From assembly GCA_048941285.1 (NCBI GenBank), contig JBHLNS010000050.1, positions 1 through 22,300 on the forward strand: 22,300 nt of DNA, in the 5' to 3' direction. The stretch comes from Promethearchaeota archaeon. GTDB taxonomy: Archaea; Asgardarchaeota; Lokiarchaeia; Sigyniarchaeales; SOKP01. Both the position numbers and the translations under genes were made by a program. Below, piece after piece: positions 1 through 8,852 of this stretch; within the stretch, counting starts at the first letter, position 1, and each line of letters begins with the position of its first letter. The notes below the pieces were generated by a model. The model was not told where the DNA came from, did no database searches, and saw only the letters and a program-made list of their open reading frames with translations.

Positions 1-3000
1 GATCATCCTGAAGGAGTACCTTGGTCATATCCATGGTTAGGACAAATCGATGAGGTTAGAATTTCTAATATTGGTCGCTCAGCAGATTGGATTGCAACAG
101 AATATAACAACCAATACAATCCAAATAGTTTTTATACTATTGGAAGCCAAGTAGGTGAAGATGTAACTCCACCAGATATTACCATAAACTCCCCTCATTC
201 TAATGATTTATTTGGACTAAGTGCCCCTAATTATGATCTTACTGTTATAGATGCTAACTTAGATTCTATATGGTATTCACTTAATGGTGGGGCAAATTCT
301 ACCCCTATTAGCGCGAGTGGAGCCTTAGATGAGACAATGTGGGATGCTTTGAGTAATGGAACAGTAACTATTAGATTCTATGCTAATGATACTATAGGAT
401 ATCTGAACTATAAAGAAGTGACAGTAAGAAAAGATACTATTAATCCATTTATAATTATTAACTCACCCACATCTGGCTCAAATCATTCAACTCCACCTAG
501 CTATAGTCTCTCTATTACCGAACCGAATATAGATGAGATTTGGTATACACTTGATGGCGGCTTAAACAACTATACAGGAGCATCAAGTGGAACAGTTGAC
601 TCTACTGCATGGGGTAATGCTGGATTAGGTGCCGTCACGATTACATTTTATGTAAATGATTCAGTAGGTAATTGGAATTATACAAGTGTGGGAATTACAA
701 AAACTTCAGATTTATCAATTACTATTACTAAGCCTAATACTGCTAAATGGTTTAGTTCCACCCCTGATTATGAGGTTAATGTAGGCGGAGATGATCGCGA
801 TTCGATTTGGTATACAATCGATAATGGGGTCAACAATTATACTATTACTAATAATGCATATCAATCGAGTAACTGGTTTGGTGTACTTGATTCCACAGCA
901 TGGAGTAATGCTGATGAGGGTTTAATTACGATTAAATTTTATTTAAATAATACCTTTGGCATAATGATATCTGATAGCCGACAAATCAATAAAGATTCAA
1001 TTGATCCTTTTATAAACAGCATCGATTCACCATTAGCGGGAGCTTGGATTAATAGCAATCCACCAGATTATAGTCTTACTATCACCGAGGCAAATTTAGA
1101 TGAGATCTGGTATACCCTTGATGGGGGAGCTACAAATTATACTGGGGCATCAGGTGGAACCATCGATTCTACAGCCTGGAGTAATGCAGGTGAAGGAAGT
1201 GTTACGATTATGTTTTATGTAAACGATTCTGCAGGTAATTGGGACTCTGCAAGTGTTATAGTTAATAGAGATTCGATTGATCCTTTAATAAATAGCATCG
1301 ATTCACCATTAGCGGGAGCTTGGTTTAATAGCAATCCACCAGATTATAGTCTTACAATCACCGAGACAAATTTAGATGAGATCTGGTATACCCTTGATGG
1401 GGGGGCCACAAATTATACTGGAGCATCAGGTGGAACCATCGATTCTACAGCCTGGAGTAATGCAGGTGAAGGAAGTGTTACGATTATATTTTATGTAAAC
1501 GATTCTGCGGGTAATTGGGACACTGCAAGTGTTATAATTAATAGAGATTCGATTGATCCTTTAATAAGTAGCATCGATTCACCATTGTCAGGAGCTTGGT
1601 TTAATAGCGATCCACCAGATTATAGTCTTACTATCATCGAGGCAAATTTAGATGAGATCTGGTATACCCTTGATGGAGGGGCCACAAATTATACTGGAGC
1701 ATCAGGTGGAACCATCGATTCTACAGCCTGGAGTAATGCAGGTGAAGGAAGTGTTACGATTATATTTTATGTAAACGATTCTGCGGGTAATTGGGACTCT
1801 GCAAGTGTTATAATTAATAGAGATTCAATTGATCCTACTATTACTATTATAAAACCTGAAAATTATGATCTTTTTGGTACTTCTCCTCCAGATATTACTA
1901 TAAATATTTATGATTCTAATTTAGATTTCAGTTGGTATCAATTGGAAAATGGAACAGTTATTACAAATAATTATACATGGACTGGGGTTATTGCTCAGAG
2001 TGTATGGAATCAAGTTGGAAATGGAACAGTTATTATCAGATTCTATGCAAACGATACTGTCGGTAATTTAGTAAATGCAGAAGTAATAGTATACAAGGAC
2101 ATCAATCTTCCTATAATAACGATTGTTAACCCCACCTTGAACGAAGTATATAATAGCATAGCACCTAGCTTTACTGTTATTATAAGTGGCAGTAATCTGA
2201 ATTCAACTTGGTATACTTTGGATAATGGAGGGGTAAATTATACTTTTTCAGGTTTAACTGGGGATATTAACCAATTTGCATGGACTTCCCGAGCAGATGG
2301 CATTGTAACGATTAAATTCTATATAAATAATACCCTGGGAATCTCAACCTTTGATGAAGTAAATGTTATAAAAGACACAATTGACCCCCAAATTTCTCTA
2401 AATCTTCCAATAAATAATACTTACTGCGGGATCGCGCCATTTATCAATGTGTTGGTAATTGATGCAAATATAGATAGTATTTGGTATGAAATTAATGCAA
2501 ACTATGTTTTATTAGAAAATAATATAGATCAACAGCTTGAATCTTCAATTTGGAGTAGTTTAATGGAAGGAGAATTCTATATCTATATTTATGCCAATGA
2601 TAGTGCTAGTAATTTGAGTGATCGGCTTAGAATAAGATTATACAAGGATACAAATGCTCCCTCAGCACCGAACTTAATAAGTTTCCCTCAAGGAGAAGTA
2701 AGCGGTAATCTACTATTCGAATGGGAAGAAGGTTCAGATCCATCTGGGATCTTAAAATATAGGTTGATTATAGATAATGAAGCTAATCCTTTTATTACAC
2801 CAGGATTCGTATTTGAGATTAACATTACAGGAAGCTCCTATACATTTACGGGAACTCTTCAACCAGGAACTTATCACTTCTTCTTATATCAGATTGATGG
2901 TGTAGGTCATCAGAGTACTGCTTCAACTGGGAGTTTCTCAATAAAGGCGACTACTACTCCCTCAGAATTTCCAATTTGGATTATCTTTGTAGTAATAGGA

Positions 3001-4128
3001 GCAGCTATAGGAGGAGTAGTAGGGATTGTGGTTCTAAAGAAATCGAAAAGTAAAAAAGAAAGTCTCTCTCAAATTCCAGAAAAGAAACCAGTGGTCAAAA
3101 CTATTCAAGAAATTCCTGAAGAACTTTCACAATTAGATTATGATATACTTAAAGTAATGAGTCATGGTGAATTAAACAGTAGAGAAGAAAACTTACTCGA
3201 ACACATTCGGTATTTAGAAGAAAACAAAAAATACACAAAAGCAGCAGAATTCATAGGAGAATTGATTTTAATTGAAGAGATTTTAGGGAATTCTCAAGAA
3301 GCAAAATTATACCGCCAAAAACAGATTGATGTGGCAGTTAAAGGTCTTGAATATTTAAAAGATCAATATGAAATTGAATCTAAAAATGCTGCTCTTTCAG
3401 GAGATTACTCAAAAGCGCTTGAATTATATAATGAAAGCAAAATTATCTCTAATAACCTTAAGAGATACATGGAACATCAAGAGTCCTCTGTTGCTAAGGA
3501 AGATACTACTTTAGACACTATAGAACCACAACTTGTAATAGAAGAAGTGGGAATTGTTTATTCATGTATAAATGACTTGCTAACCAAATATTTTGATGAT
3601 ATTGGATTTAAATACTACTCAAATCCTCATATATATGAAAATATTCAGACTCAGATCCATGGTTTAATACTTGCTGATCAATTGCAGCTAGAAGATATCG
3701 ATCCTTTAGTTAAAGAGAAGATAAAATCAATCCAAATCATCTTTACTGAGGATATGTCGAATGCAACGGTCACTAAATTATGTCAAACTTTCAATAGTAT
3801 ATATACCTTATTAATTATAGTTGGTATTAAATGGCCTATGAATATTGAAGCACAAATAATTGAGATCCCTCCAAATATAGAAACACAATTTCAAGAAAAT
3901 ATCAGAATTATTCACTATGAGTTATTTACGTCATTAATTGGATTAACAGGGGCTTATGAGACTGCATTTAGAGAAATTATTGATTTATATAATAACTCAG
4001 AACTTGAGATTCTGCGAGAGACTCTGGAATCAAGCGAAGTAATCATTCACAGTACTGACGAATTAAGATATGATCTTAAAGAAAAAGGGTTGATTACAGA
4101 AAAATTAGAAGAATATTTTAATAGGTAA
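1..4128 (+). CDS. Large single-pass cell-surface glycoprotein, 5'-truncated by the window: LamG/DUF2341-type C-terminal motif, 9 Ig-like repeats, FN3-like domain, TM helix, ~360-aa cytoplasmic tail with TPR-like helices
   Basis: Frame 1 is open from base 1, upstream of the ORF-track start at 337, and reads DHPEGVPWSYPWLGQIDEVRISNIGRSADWIATEYNNQYNPNSF..., typical of the end of a LamG/DUF2341 module. It has repeated DxxxPxIxIxSP...WYTLDGG...TIxFYxNDxxGN units and an FN3-like DTNAPSAP...FEWEEGSDPSGILKYRL segment. The TM helix FPIWIIFVVIGAAIGGVVGIVVL (~2968-3036) is followed by KKSKSKK. There are many N-x-S/T sequons. Stop TAA ends at 4128. Confidence 0.88.
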   Translation, partial: DHPEGVPWSYPWLGQIDEVRISNIGRSADWIATEYNNQYNPNSFYTIGSQVGEDVTPPDITINSPHSNDLFGLSAPNYDLTVIDANLDSIWYSLNGGANSTPISASGALDETMWDALSNGTVTIRFYANDTIGYLNYKEVTVRKDTINPFIIINSPTSGSNHSTPPSYSLSITEPNIDEIWYTLDGGLNNYTGASSGTVDSTAWGNAGLGAVTITFYVNDSVGNWNYTSVGITKTSDLSITITKPNTAKWFSSTPDYEVNVGGDDRDSIWYTIDNGVNNYTITNNAYQSSNWFGVLDSTAWSNADEGLITIKFYLNNTFGIMISDSRQINKDSIDPFINSIDSPLAGAWINSNPPDYSLTITEANLDEIWYTLDGGATNYTGASGGTIDSTAWSNAGEGSVTIMFYVNDSAGNWDSASVIVNRDSIDPLINSIDSPLAGAWFNSNPPDYSLTITETNLDEIWYTLDGGATNYTGASGGTIDSTAWSNAGEGSVTIIFYVNDSAGNWDTASVIINRDSIDPLISSIDSPLSGAWFNSDPPDYSLTIIEANLDEIWYTLDGGATNYTGASGGTIDSTAWSNAGEGSVTIIFYVNDSAGNWDSASVIINRDSIDPTITIIKPENYDLFGTSPPDITINIYDSNLDFSWYQLENGTVITNNYTWTGVIAQSVWNQVGNGTVIIRFYANDTVGNLVNAEVIVYKDINLPIITIVNPTLNEVYNSIAPSFTVIISGSNLNSTWYTLDNGGVNYTFSGLTGDINQFAWTSRADGIVTIKFYINNTLGISTFDEVNVIKDTIDPQISLNLPINNTYCGIAPFINVLVIDANIDSIWYEINANYVLLENNIDQQLESSIWSSLMEGEFYIYIYANDSASNLSDRLRIRLYKDTNAPSAPNLISFPQGEVSGNLLFEWEEGSDPSGILKYRLIIDNEANPFITPGFVFEINITGSSYTFTGTLQPGTYHFFLYQIDGVGHQSTASTGSFSIKATTTPSEFPIWIIFVVIGAAIGGVVGIVVLKKSKSKKESLSQIPEKKPVVKTIQEIPEELSQLDYDILKVMSHGELNSREENLLEHIRYLEENKKYTKAAEFIGELILIEEILGNSQEAKLYRQKQIDVAVKGLEYLKDQYEIESKNAALSGDYSKALELYNESKIISNNLKRYMEHQESSVAKEDTTLDTIEPQLVIEEVGIVYSCINDLLTKYFDDIGFKYYSNPHIYENIQTQIHGLILADQLQLEDIDPLVKEKIKSIQIIFTEDMSNATVTKLCQTFNSIYTLLIIVGIKWPMNIEAQIIEIPPNIETQFQENIRIIHYELFTSLIGLTGAYETAFREIIDLYNNSELEILRETLESSEVIIHSTDELRYDLKEKGLITEKLEEYFNR
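994..1836 (+). repeat. Intragenic tandem repeat: 3 x 276 bp (92 aa) near-identical Ig-like units plus the start of a fourth (DSIDP)
   Basis: Units begin GATTC(A/G)ATTGATCCT at 994, 1270, 1546 and 1822, an exact 276-bp period. The copies differ by only scattered substitutions. Confidence 0.97.
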
Positions 4129-4162
4129 TTAGTAAAATATAAAGTTTTTATTAATAACTCTC

Positions 4163-4173
4163 TTTTTTTTTTT
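4163..4173 (+). terminator. Poly-T archaeal-type terminator between convergent genes
   Basis: Run of 11 T about 35 nt after the stop of the surface-protein gene. Confidence 0.5.
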
Positions 4174-4181
4174 CCTTTTAT

Positions 4182-5729
4182 TTAAAGATTCATAATAGTA
4201 TTGAGCATAAGATTTAGTTGTTCTAATAATTCTAATCGTATTTCGGAATCAATTTTAGAGATAAAATATGAGATTTGTTTTTCTTCTAATTTCGTGTAAA
4301 AATTAAACTCACTCATCATTTTAGACCAATTTACGTCCCTCTTTGTTATTACAATGACTAAAACTACTGCGATATCCTTAAGAGTTTCTATAATCCTTAA
4401 TATTATGTTATTCCATTCAGGATCAATTGTATCTCTATTCTTTCCGTCGAAAAGTATAAATATTCCATCAGAACCAGAAACTTTTATAATATCGAATTTA
4501 AAACTCTCTAAGATTAACCCATTTGAGTATTTATAGATAACTCTATCTTTCTTTTCTTTCTTTGAAGAGATATCTAAATCTGTTATCTCTGTTAAAAGGT
4601 TAAAAGCGGGATTGTTCACATTATCGCTTGAAATAAACGCAAATGAAAGTGAAGTTCTGTTTTCTAAAATTGAAGTAATTTCCTTTACAATTTTATTTTT
4701 TAAGTTGGTTTCCTCAAATTCTTTGCTTAACATTATGTAATGATATGATACAATCCCAAAAGCTTCTTCAATATTCTCTCCTGACAAAGCACTCGTTTCG
4801 ATATAAGAAATTTTTTTATCATATTTTTCAGAGAGCATCTCTGCTAGGGTTTCAGCTTCCTCACGGTCAATTTCTCTCTCCTCTTTTAAATCTCGTTTGT
4901 TTCCAACAATTACAACCGATATTTCATGTTCTTTAAATTCATTCAATTCATTAAACCAGTTCATTATATTATAAAAGGAATCTTTGTTCGTCAAATCAAA
5001 AACAATGAAAGCTGCCTGAGCCCCTTTATAATATGCTTTTCGATATCTCTTAAAATATTCTTGAGCTCCAATATCCCAGAGAAAAAGGCTAATTTCATTA
5101 CCAAAAAATTCAAAGTTATGACTTAACACATTCAATCCGATAGTAGTACGATAATCTACTAAGAATCTTCCTTCTACAAACCTTCTTAAAATCGAAGTCT
5201 TACCCACTTCATGATCCCCTATAACAATGAATTTGAACCTATATTCTCCCCCTGGTTCTAGACCAATTTGATATACTTGATTATCGCTCCTATAATATCC
5301 TTCTGTTTTATAATCAAAATTGGGAATCGATACCTCAATTAAATCTTCGTTAGTTGCAACGAGAATCTGGGCTACTTTTTCTGCAAGAAAGTACGCATAG
5401 GGCGCTATTTTCTCAATTGAACCAAGATTTTCAATAACTAAAGTCAAAACTATTTCATCCGTTATAGAAATAAATAAGATCCGATTCTTTTCTGTATCAA
5501 AATTGGCTGTTCCAAACTTTTTATACGAAAATTCATTACGAAATCGTTCTATAACAGGATTGACTATCGCAGTCATGATTGAGACTAATTCCATATTCAC
5601 ATTTTTCCTACGTTCACCAGCAATGATTAATCCATCTTGATCAGAAACGATAATAGCTTCGACTTCATTATTTATCTTTAAGAAATTACTAAATAGTTGA
5701 GTTAACAAATTATTCCTGTTTATTGACAA
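4182..5729 (-). CDS. Roadblock/LC7 domain + Rab/Ras-like small GTPase + degenerate second G-domain fusion
   Basis: N-terminal EVEAIIVSDQDGLIIAG is a roadblock beta-hairpin. GTPase motifs: G1 GDHEVGKT, G2 YRTTIG, G3 WDIGAQE, YYKGAQAAFIVFD, G4 GNKRD, G5 ETSAL. The C-terminal SDGIFILFD...VVLVIVITK echoes the G-domain strands. TTG start with a GAGGT SD-like motif upstream. Confidence 0.9.
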   Translation of the reverse strand: MSINRNNLLTQLFSNFLKINNEVEAIIVSDQDGLIIAGERRKNVNMELVSIMTAIVNPVIERFRNEFSYKKFGTANFDTEKNRILFISITDEIVLTLVIENLGSIEKIAPYAYFLAEKVAQILVATNEDLIEVSIPNFDYKTEGYYRSDNQVYQIGLEPGGEYRFKFIVIGDHEVGKTSILRRFVEGRFLVDYRTTIGLNVLSHNFEFFGNEISLFLWDIGAQEYFKRYRKAYYKGAQAAFIVFDLTNKDSFYNIMNWFNELNEFKEHEISVVIVGNKRDLKEEREIDREEAETLAEMLSEKYDKKISYIETSALSGENIEEAFGIVSYHYIMLSKEFEETNLKNKIVKEITSILENRTSLSFAFISSDNVNNPAFNLLTEITDLDISSKKEKKDRVIYKYSNGLILESFKFDIIKVSGSDGIFILFDGKNRDTIDPEWNNIILRIIETLKDIAVVLVIVITKRDVNWSKMMSEFNFYTKLEEKQISYFISKIDSEIRLELLEQLNLMLNTIMNL

Positions 5730-5969
5730 GACGTGTACCTCGAAAAAGGATTATTAAAAATATTAAGATTTAAAATTTATTTCACAGTTAATTTTCTGAT
5801 ATTAATATAATCAAAACCTTATATAAATGTGATTCAATCTTGGTTTATTCTACTGTTTATAATTAATAAACATAAGAAGAGAATGCATTTTTCAATACTA
5901 TATACTTATCTTTTTTGTTAATCTTTCATAAACGGATCTCTTTTATTATTCAATCGGACTCTATTAATT

Positions 5970-6551
5970 ATGAATGTAATAGTTATAATTTTGATCGTAC
6001 TTCTTGCGATCCTATCAATCTGGTTTGCATGGGGGTTGATATCACCTCATATTTGGGAACAACCAGAATATGACATATTAAAAAAGTTAGACAAAGTAGA
6101 AATTCGAAATTATAAACAATCAAAAATCTTAACAACAAGAGCATCTACATCGAGCTATGCATTTTCAAAACTTTCATCATATATCTTCGGAAAGAATAAG
6201 GAGAAAGAGAAGATTGCGATGACCGCTCCAGTCCTGACGGAGGCTATAGAGAATAATAAAGTGAAAATGGTTTTTTACTTACCGAAAAAATATGAAGATA
6301 AAGATGCACCAACACCCTTAATGGACGATATTGAAACGGAAAACCAAGATGAAAGGAATGTGGCAATTCTACGATTTTATGGGACAATGACTCACAAAAG
6401 GAAAGAAAAAAACATAGAGAAATTATTAGGGACGTTAAACGAGAATAATATTGAAACTCAAGGAAGTCTATTCTTTTTGAATTATAGTGATCCATTTGTT
6501 CCTCCTCCTTTAAGAAGGAATGAAGTTGGAATTGAAGTAAACTTAAAATAA
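5970..6551 (+). CDS. SOUL heme-binding family protein with N-terminal membrane anchor
   Basis: SOUL signature motifs EQPEY..., EIRNY, AFSKLSSYIFGKN...KIAMTAPV and YSDPFVPPPLRRNEV. The first ~24 aa are hydrophobic. Confidence 0.92.
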   Translation: MNVIVIILIVLLAILSIWFAWGLISPHIWEQPEYDILKKLDKVEIRNYKQSKILTTRASTSSYAFSKLSSYIFGKNKEKEKIAMTAPVLTEAIENNKVKMVFYLPKKYEDKDAPTPLMDDIETENQDERNVAILRFYGTMTHKRKEKNIEKLLGTLNENNIETQGSLFFLNYSDPFVPPPLRRNEVGIEVNLK

Positions 6552-6655
6552 ATATCAATTTTTCAACAATAAAATTTTTAACTTTCAATAAAAAGACTAT
6601 TAAGGATTAGCCTCAAATGTGAGGAATAAAAATGAAAAAAATAAAAATGGATAGT

Positions 6656-7291
6656 TTAGATTTTTGATTCTTCTTCTACTTTAATAGCATCAGCTTTAGC
6701 TTGCACAGTTGCAACAGAATCTAGAATCTTTTGATGGAAGATAGTTTCAATATCTACCATATTTTTAAGAATTTCTTGCATGGTTTCTAATTTTACTTTG
6801 TTGAATTCTTCAGTTGCTGCTTTTACATCAGCTTCCTCCTTAGCAACTTTTTCTTTGGCAGCTTTTAATTCTATTTCTGCGTTTTGTATTTCATTTGGCT
6901 TTAATTTTTCTTTTGGTTTGCTTTGGGTTTTACTTAGATGCTTTTCTGCTTTTTCTAATTCTTTCACAGCCTTTTGAGATTCCTTCTGTTCAGTTTGGAG
7001 TTTTTCTAGGCTAATTAATAGTTCATTTAGAGGAGCAATATATTCTTCTTGGAGTCTTTTGACTTTTTCCGAACTTTCTTTATCAATAATTTCAAATGTA
7101 GAAGCTAATGAGCCTACAGCTTGTCCTAAGGAAGGAGTCTCCGTTTCAGCATAACTTTTTAATGCAGTAACATTGTTTTTAATTTCTTTAGTAACATTTT
7201 GTAGAGCATCAATGTATTGTTTACTTTCTTTAATTAACTCACTAATTTTATTGCTGGTAATTCCTAATGCATCTGTTATTTTCTTAAACAT
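6656..7291 (-). CDS. Stand-alone BAR-domain protein, FAM92/CiBAR-like
   Basis: All-helical 211-aa protein with three long amphipathic helices. Motifs YAETETPSL, VKRLQEEYIAPL, AEIELKAA, FNKVK and IETIFHQKILD match the FAM92 BAR motifs as I recall them (YAATETPHL, VERLEAKVVEPL, AETELQRA, FERQK, IEMLFHGKALE) with matching spacing. An AGGT SD-like motif and TTATAAA lie upstream. Confidence 0.8.
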   Translation of the reverse strand: MFKKITDALGITSNKISELIKESKQYIDALQNVTKEIKNNVTALKSYAETETPSLGQAVGSLASTFEIIDKESSEKVKRLQEEYIAPLNELLISLEKLQTEQKESQKAVKELEKAEKHLSKTQSKPKEKLKPNEIQNAEIELKAAKEKVAKEEADVKAATEEFNKVKLETMQEILKNMVDIETIFHQKILDSVATVQAKADAIKVEEESKI

Positions 7292-7547
7292 GTTTTAATA
7301 CCTACTTTATGTTTCGAGATTTAAATTACGTAAGAGTTTATAATATTTTTGTTTTTAAAAAATCAACCAATATCAAATTATTCAGAAATTAAAAATTCTA
7401 GATATTTATATAAATTCAATCAAGACCTTTTAATTCATATAAAATTAGGAATATAAATTTACTAATTTTACAGATTTAATATTAAAAAAACCTCTAAGTC
7501 GCATTTAATATTCAAATTACAAATATTTTAGAGAGTGTATTCTAAGG

Positions 7548-8489
7548 ATGGTATTAAAAGAGCTTCTTTCAGAAAGTCCATTAGTGCTAGCTGAAGGAGC
7601 AGTAATTGAAAGGATTAAACGTGAGTTTAAGTATAAAATGAATCCCTATATTCAGAATGCTGCCATGATTTATGATGCTAAGGGCAGGAATATTTTAGAC
7701 AAAATTTTTAGTCAATACATTCTTGTGGCATATAAATATAAGATCCCAATGCTCAATTTAGCACCTACTTGGCGCACAAACCCAGAAAGTATTGAGTATG
7801 CGGGATATAAAGATAGAAATGTGAATGCTGATTGTGTTAAATTTTTAAAACAAATTAGATCTCGGTTTAACCAAAAAATGATAAAAATTTTAATAGGAGG
7901 ATTGGTGGGATGTAAGGGAGATGCTTATAATCCTAAAGAGGCTTTATCCAACGGAGAGGCATATAAATTTCATAAGACTCAAATAAAACAGCTAAGTGAA
8001 ACAGAAGTTGATTTTTTATTAGCGAGTACTCTTCCAGCATTTTCAGAAGCACTTGGCATAGCTAAAGCGATGGCAGAATCACATTGTGAATACATTATAA
8101 GTTTTGTTATTCACCCCGATGGAACTATTCTAGACGGTACATCCCTTCATGAAGCTATATCAATTATCGATAATTCGGTTACCCCAAAACCTGCTTTTTA
8201 TATGCTAAATTGCATTCATCCAACTACTTGTAAAAAAGCGATTAATACTGAGCCAAATAATACAAAATTAGTAAGAACTAGACTTAAAGGATTGCAAGCA
8301 AATGGTTCTTCGAAAAGTCCGGAAGAGTTAGAATTACTGGATAGTTTAGATTCTGAAAATCCAAAAACATGGAGCAAAAAAATGATTGATTTATACTTAA
8401 ACTCAGAAATGCAAATCCTAGGAGGATGTTGTGGTACAGATCATCGTCATATCAGAAGTATAGCAAAAAATTACATAAAAATTAAATAA
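7548..8489 (+). CDS. Homocysteine S-methyltransferase family protein (Zn-dependent)
   Basis: Zn ligands in NCIHP and ILGGCCGTD. Also has the EGA start motif, GDAYNP and ILDGTSL. Confidence 0.92.
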   Translation: MVLKELLSESPLVLAEGAVIERIKREFKYKMNPYIQNAAMIYDAKGRNILDKIFSQYILVAYKYKIPMLNLAPTWRTNPESIEYAGYKDRNVNADCVKFLKQIRSRFNQKMIKILIGGLVGCKGDAYNPKEALSNGEAYKFHKTQIKQLSETEVDFLLASTLPAFSEALGIAKAMAESHCEYIISFVIHPDGTILDGTSLHEAISIIDNSVTPKPAFYMLNCIHPTTCKKAINTEPNNTKLVRTRLKGLQANGSSKSPEELELLDSLDSENPKTWSKKMIDLYLNSEMQILGGCCGTDHRHIRSIAKNYIKIK

Positions 8490-8541
8490 TAATACCTCAA
8501 ATTTAGATTAATCACCATCATGATTGTCAGTGTGAATAGAA

Positions 8542-8697
8542 TTGAAAGAATATAAGGTGGAAATAATTGACAATATTTACTCAAACGCAAAACATGCAAA
8601 AGAATTCGAAAATATTTTGAATAAACAAGCAATAGAGGGTTGGGAATTAAAATTAGCTGCTTCATTCTATTTGGTTTTTGAAAGAGAAAAAAGTTAA
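8542..8697 (+). CDS. Small DUF4177-like protein (51 aa), absent from the ORF track
   Basis: TTG start at 8542 and TAA ending at 8697: MKEYKVEIIDNIYSNAKHAKEFENILNKQAIEGWELKLAASFYLVFEREKS. It fits the EYKV...LN...EGWEL...FER pattern of DUF4177. Confidence 0.8.
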   Translation: MKEYKVEIIDNIYSNAKHAKEFENILNKQAIEGWELKLAASFYLVFEREKS

Positions 8698-8852
8698 AAG
8701 CTGCTACTAAGATTCATCTACAACTAAATTATTAATTTTCATTTTTTTTAGCTAAATTAAACGAATTAAAAAATGTGTATGATTTTGAAAAATTCATAAT
8801 AAATCCTCCATAAATATTGTTAATACATATATAAAAATATGGGTAATCTAAT

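Noticed and set aside
337-339. ORF-track start codon for the surface protein
   Set aside because: The frame is open to base 1 and encodes recognisable domains, so the real start lies upstream of the window.
994-1836. Repeat region as a CRISPR array or a diversity-generating retroelement template/variable pair
   Set aside because: The units are in-frame 276-bp coding repeats with no spacers, the differences are not confined to adenines, and no reverse transcriptase or cas gene is in the window.
4354-5126. Short + strand ORFs 4354-4536, 4745-4936 and 4926-5126
   Set aside because: Antisense shadows of the GTPase fusion gene with no motifs.
6244-6977. ORFs 6244-6588 (-) and 6780-6977 (+)
   Set aside because: Antisense to the SOUL and BAR genes; their composition mirrors the real strand.
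8471-8665. 64-aa minus-strand ORF
   Set aside because: It overlaps the better-supported DUF4177-like gene on the + strand.
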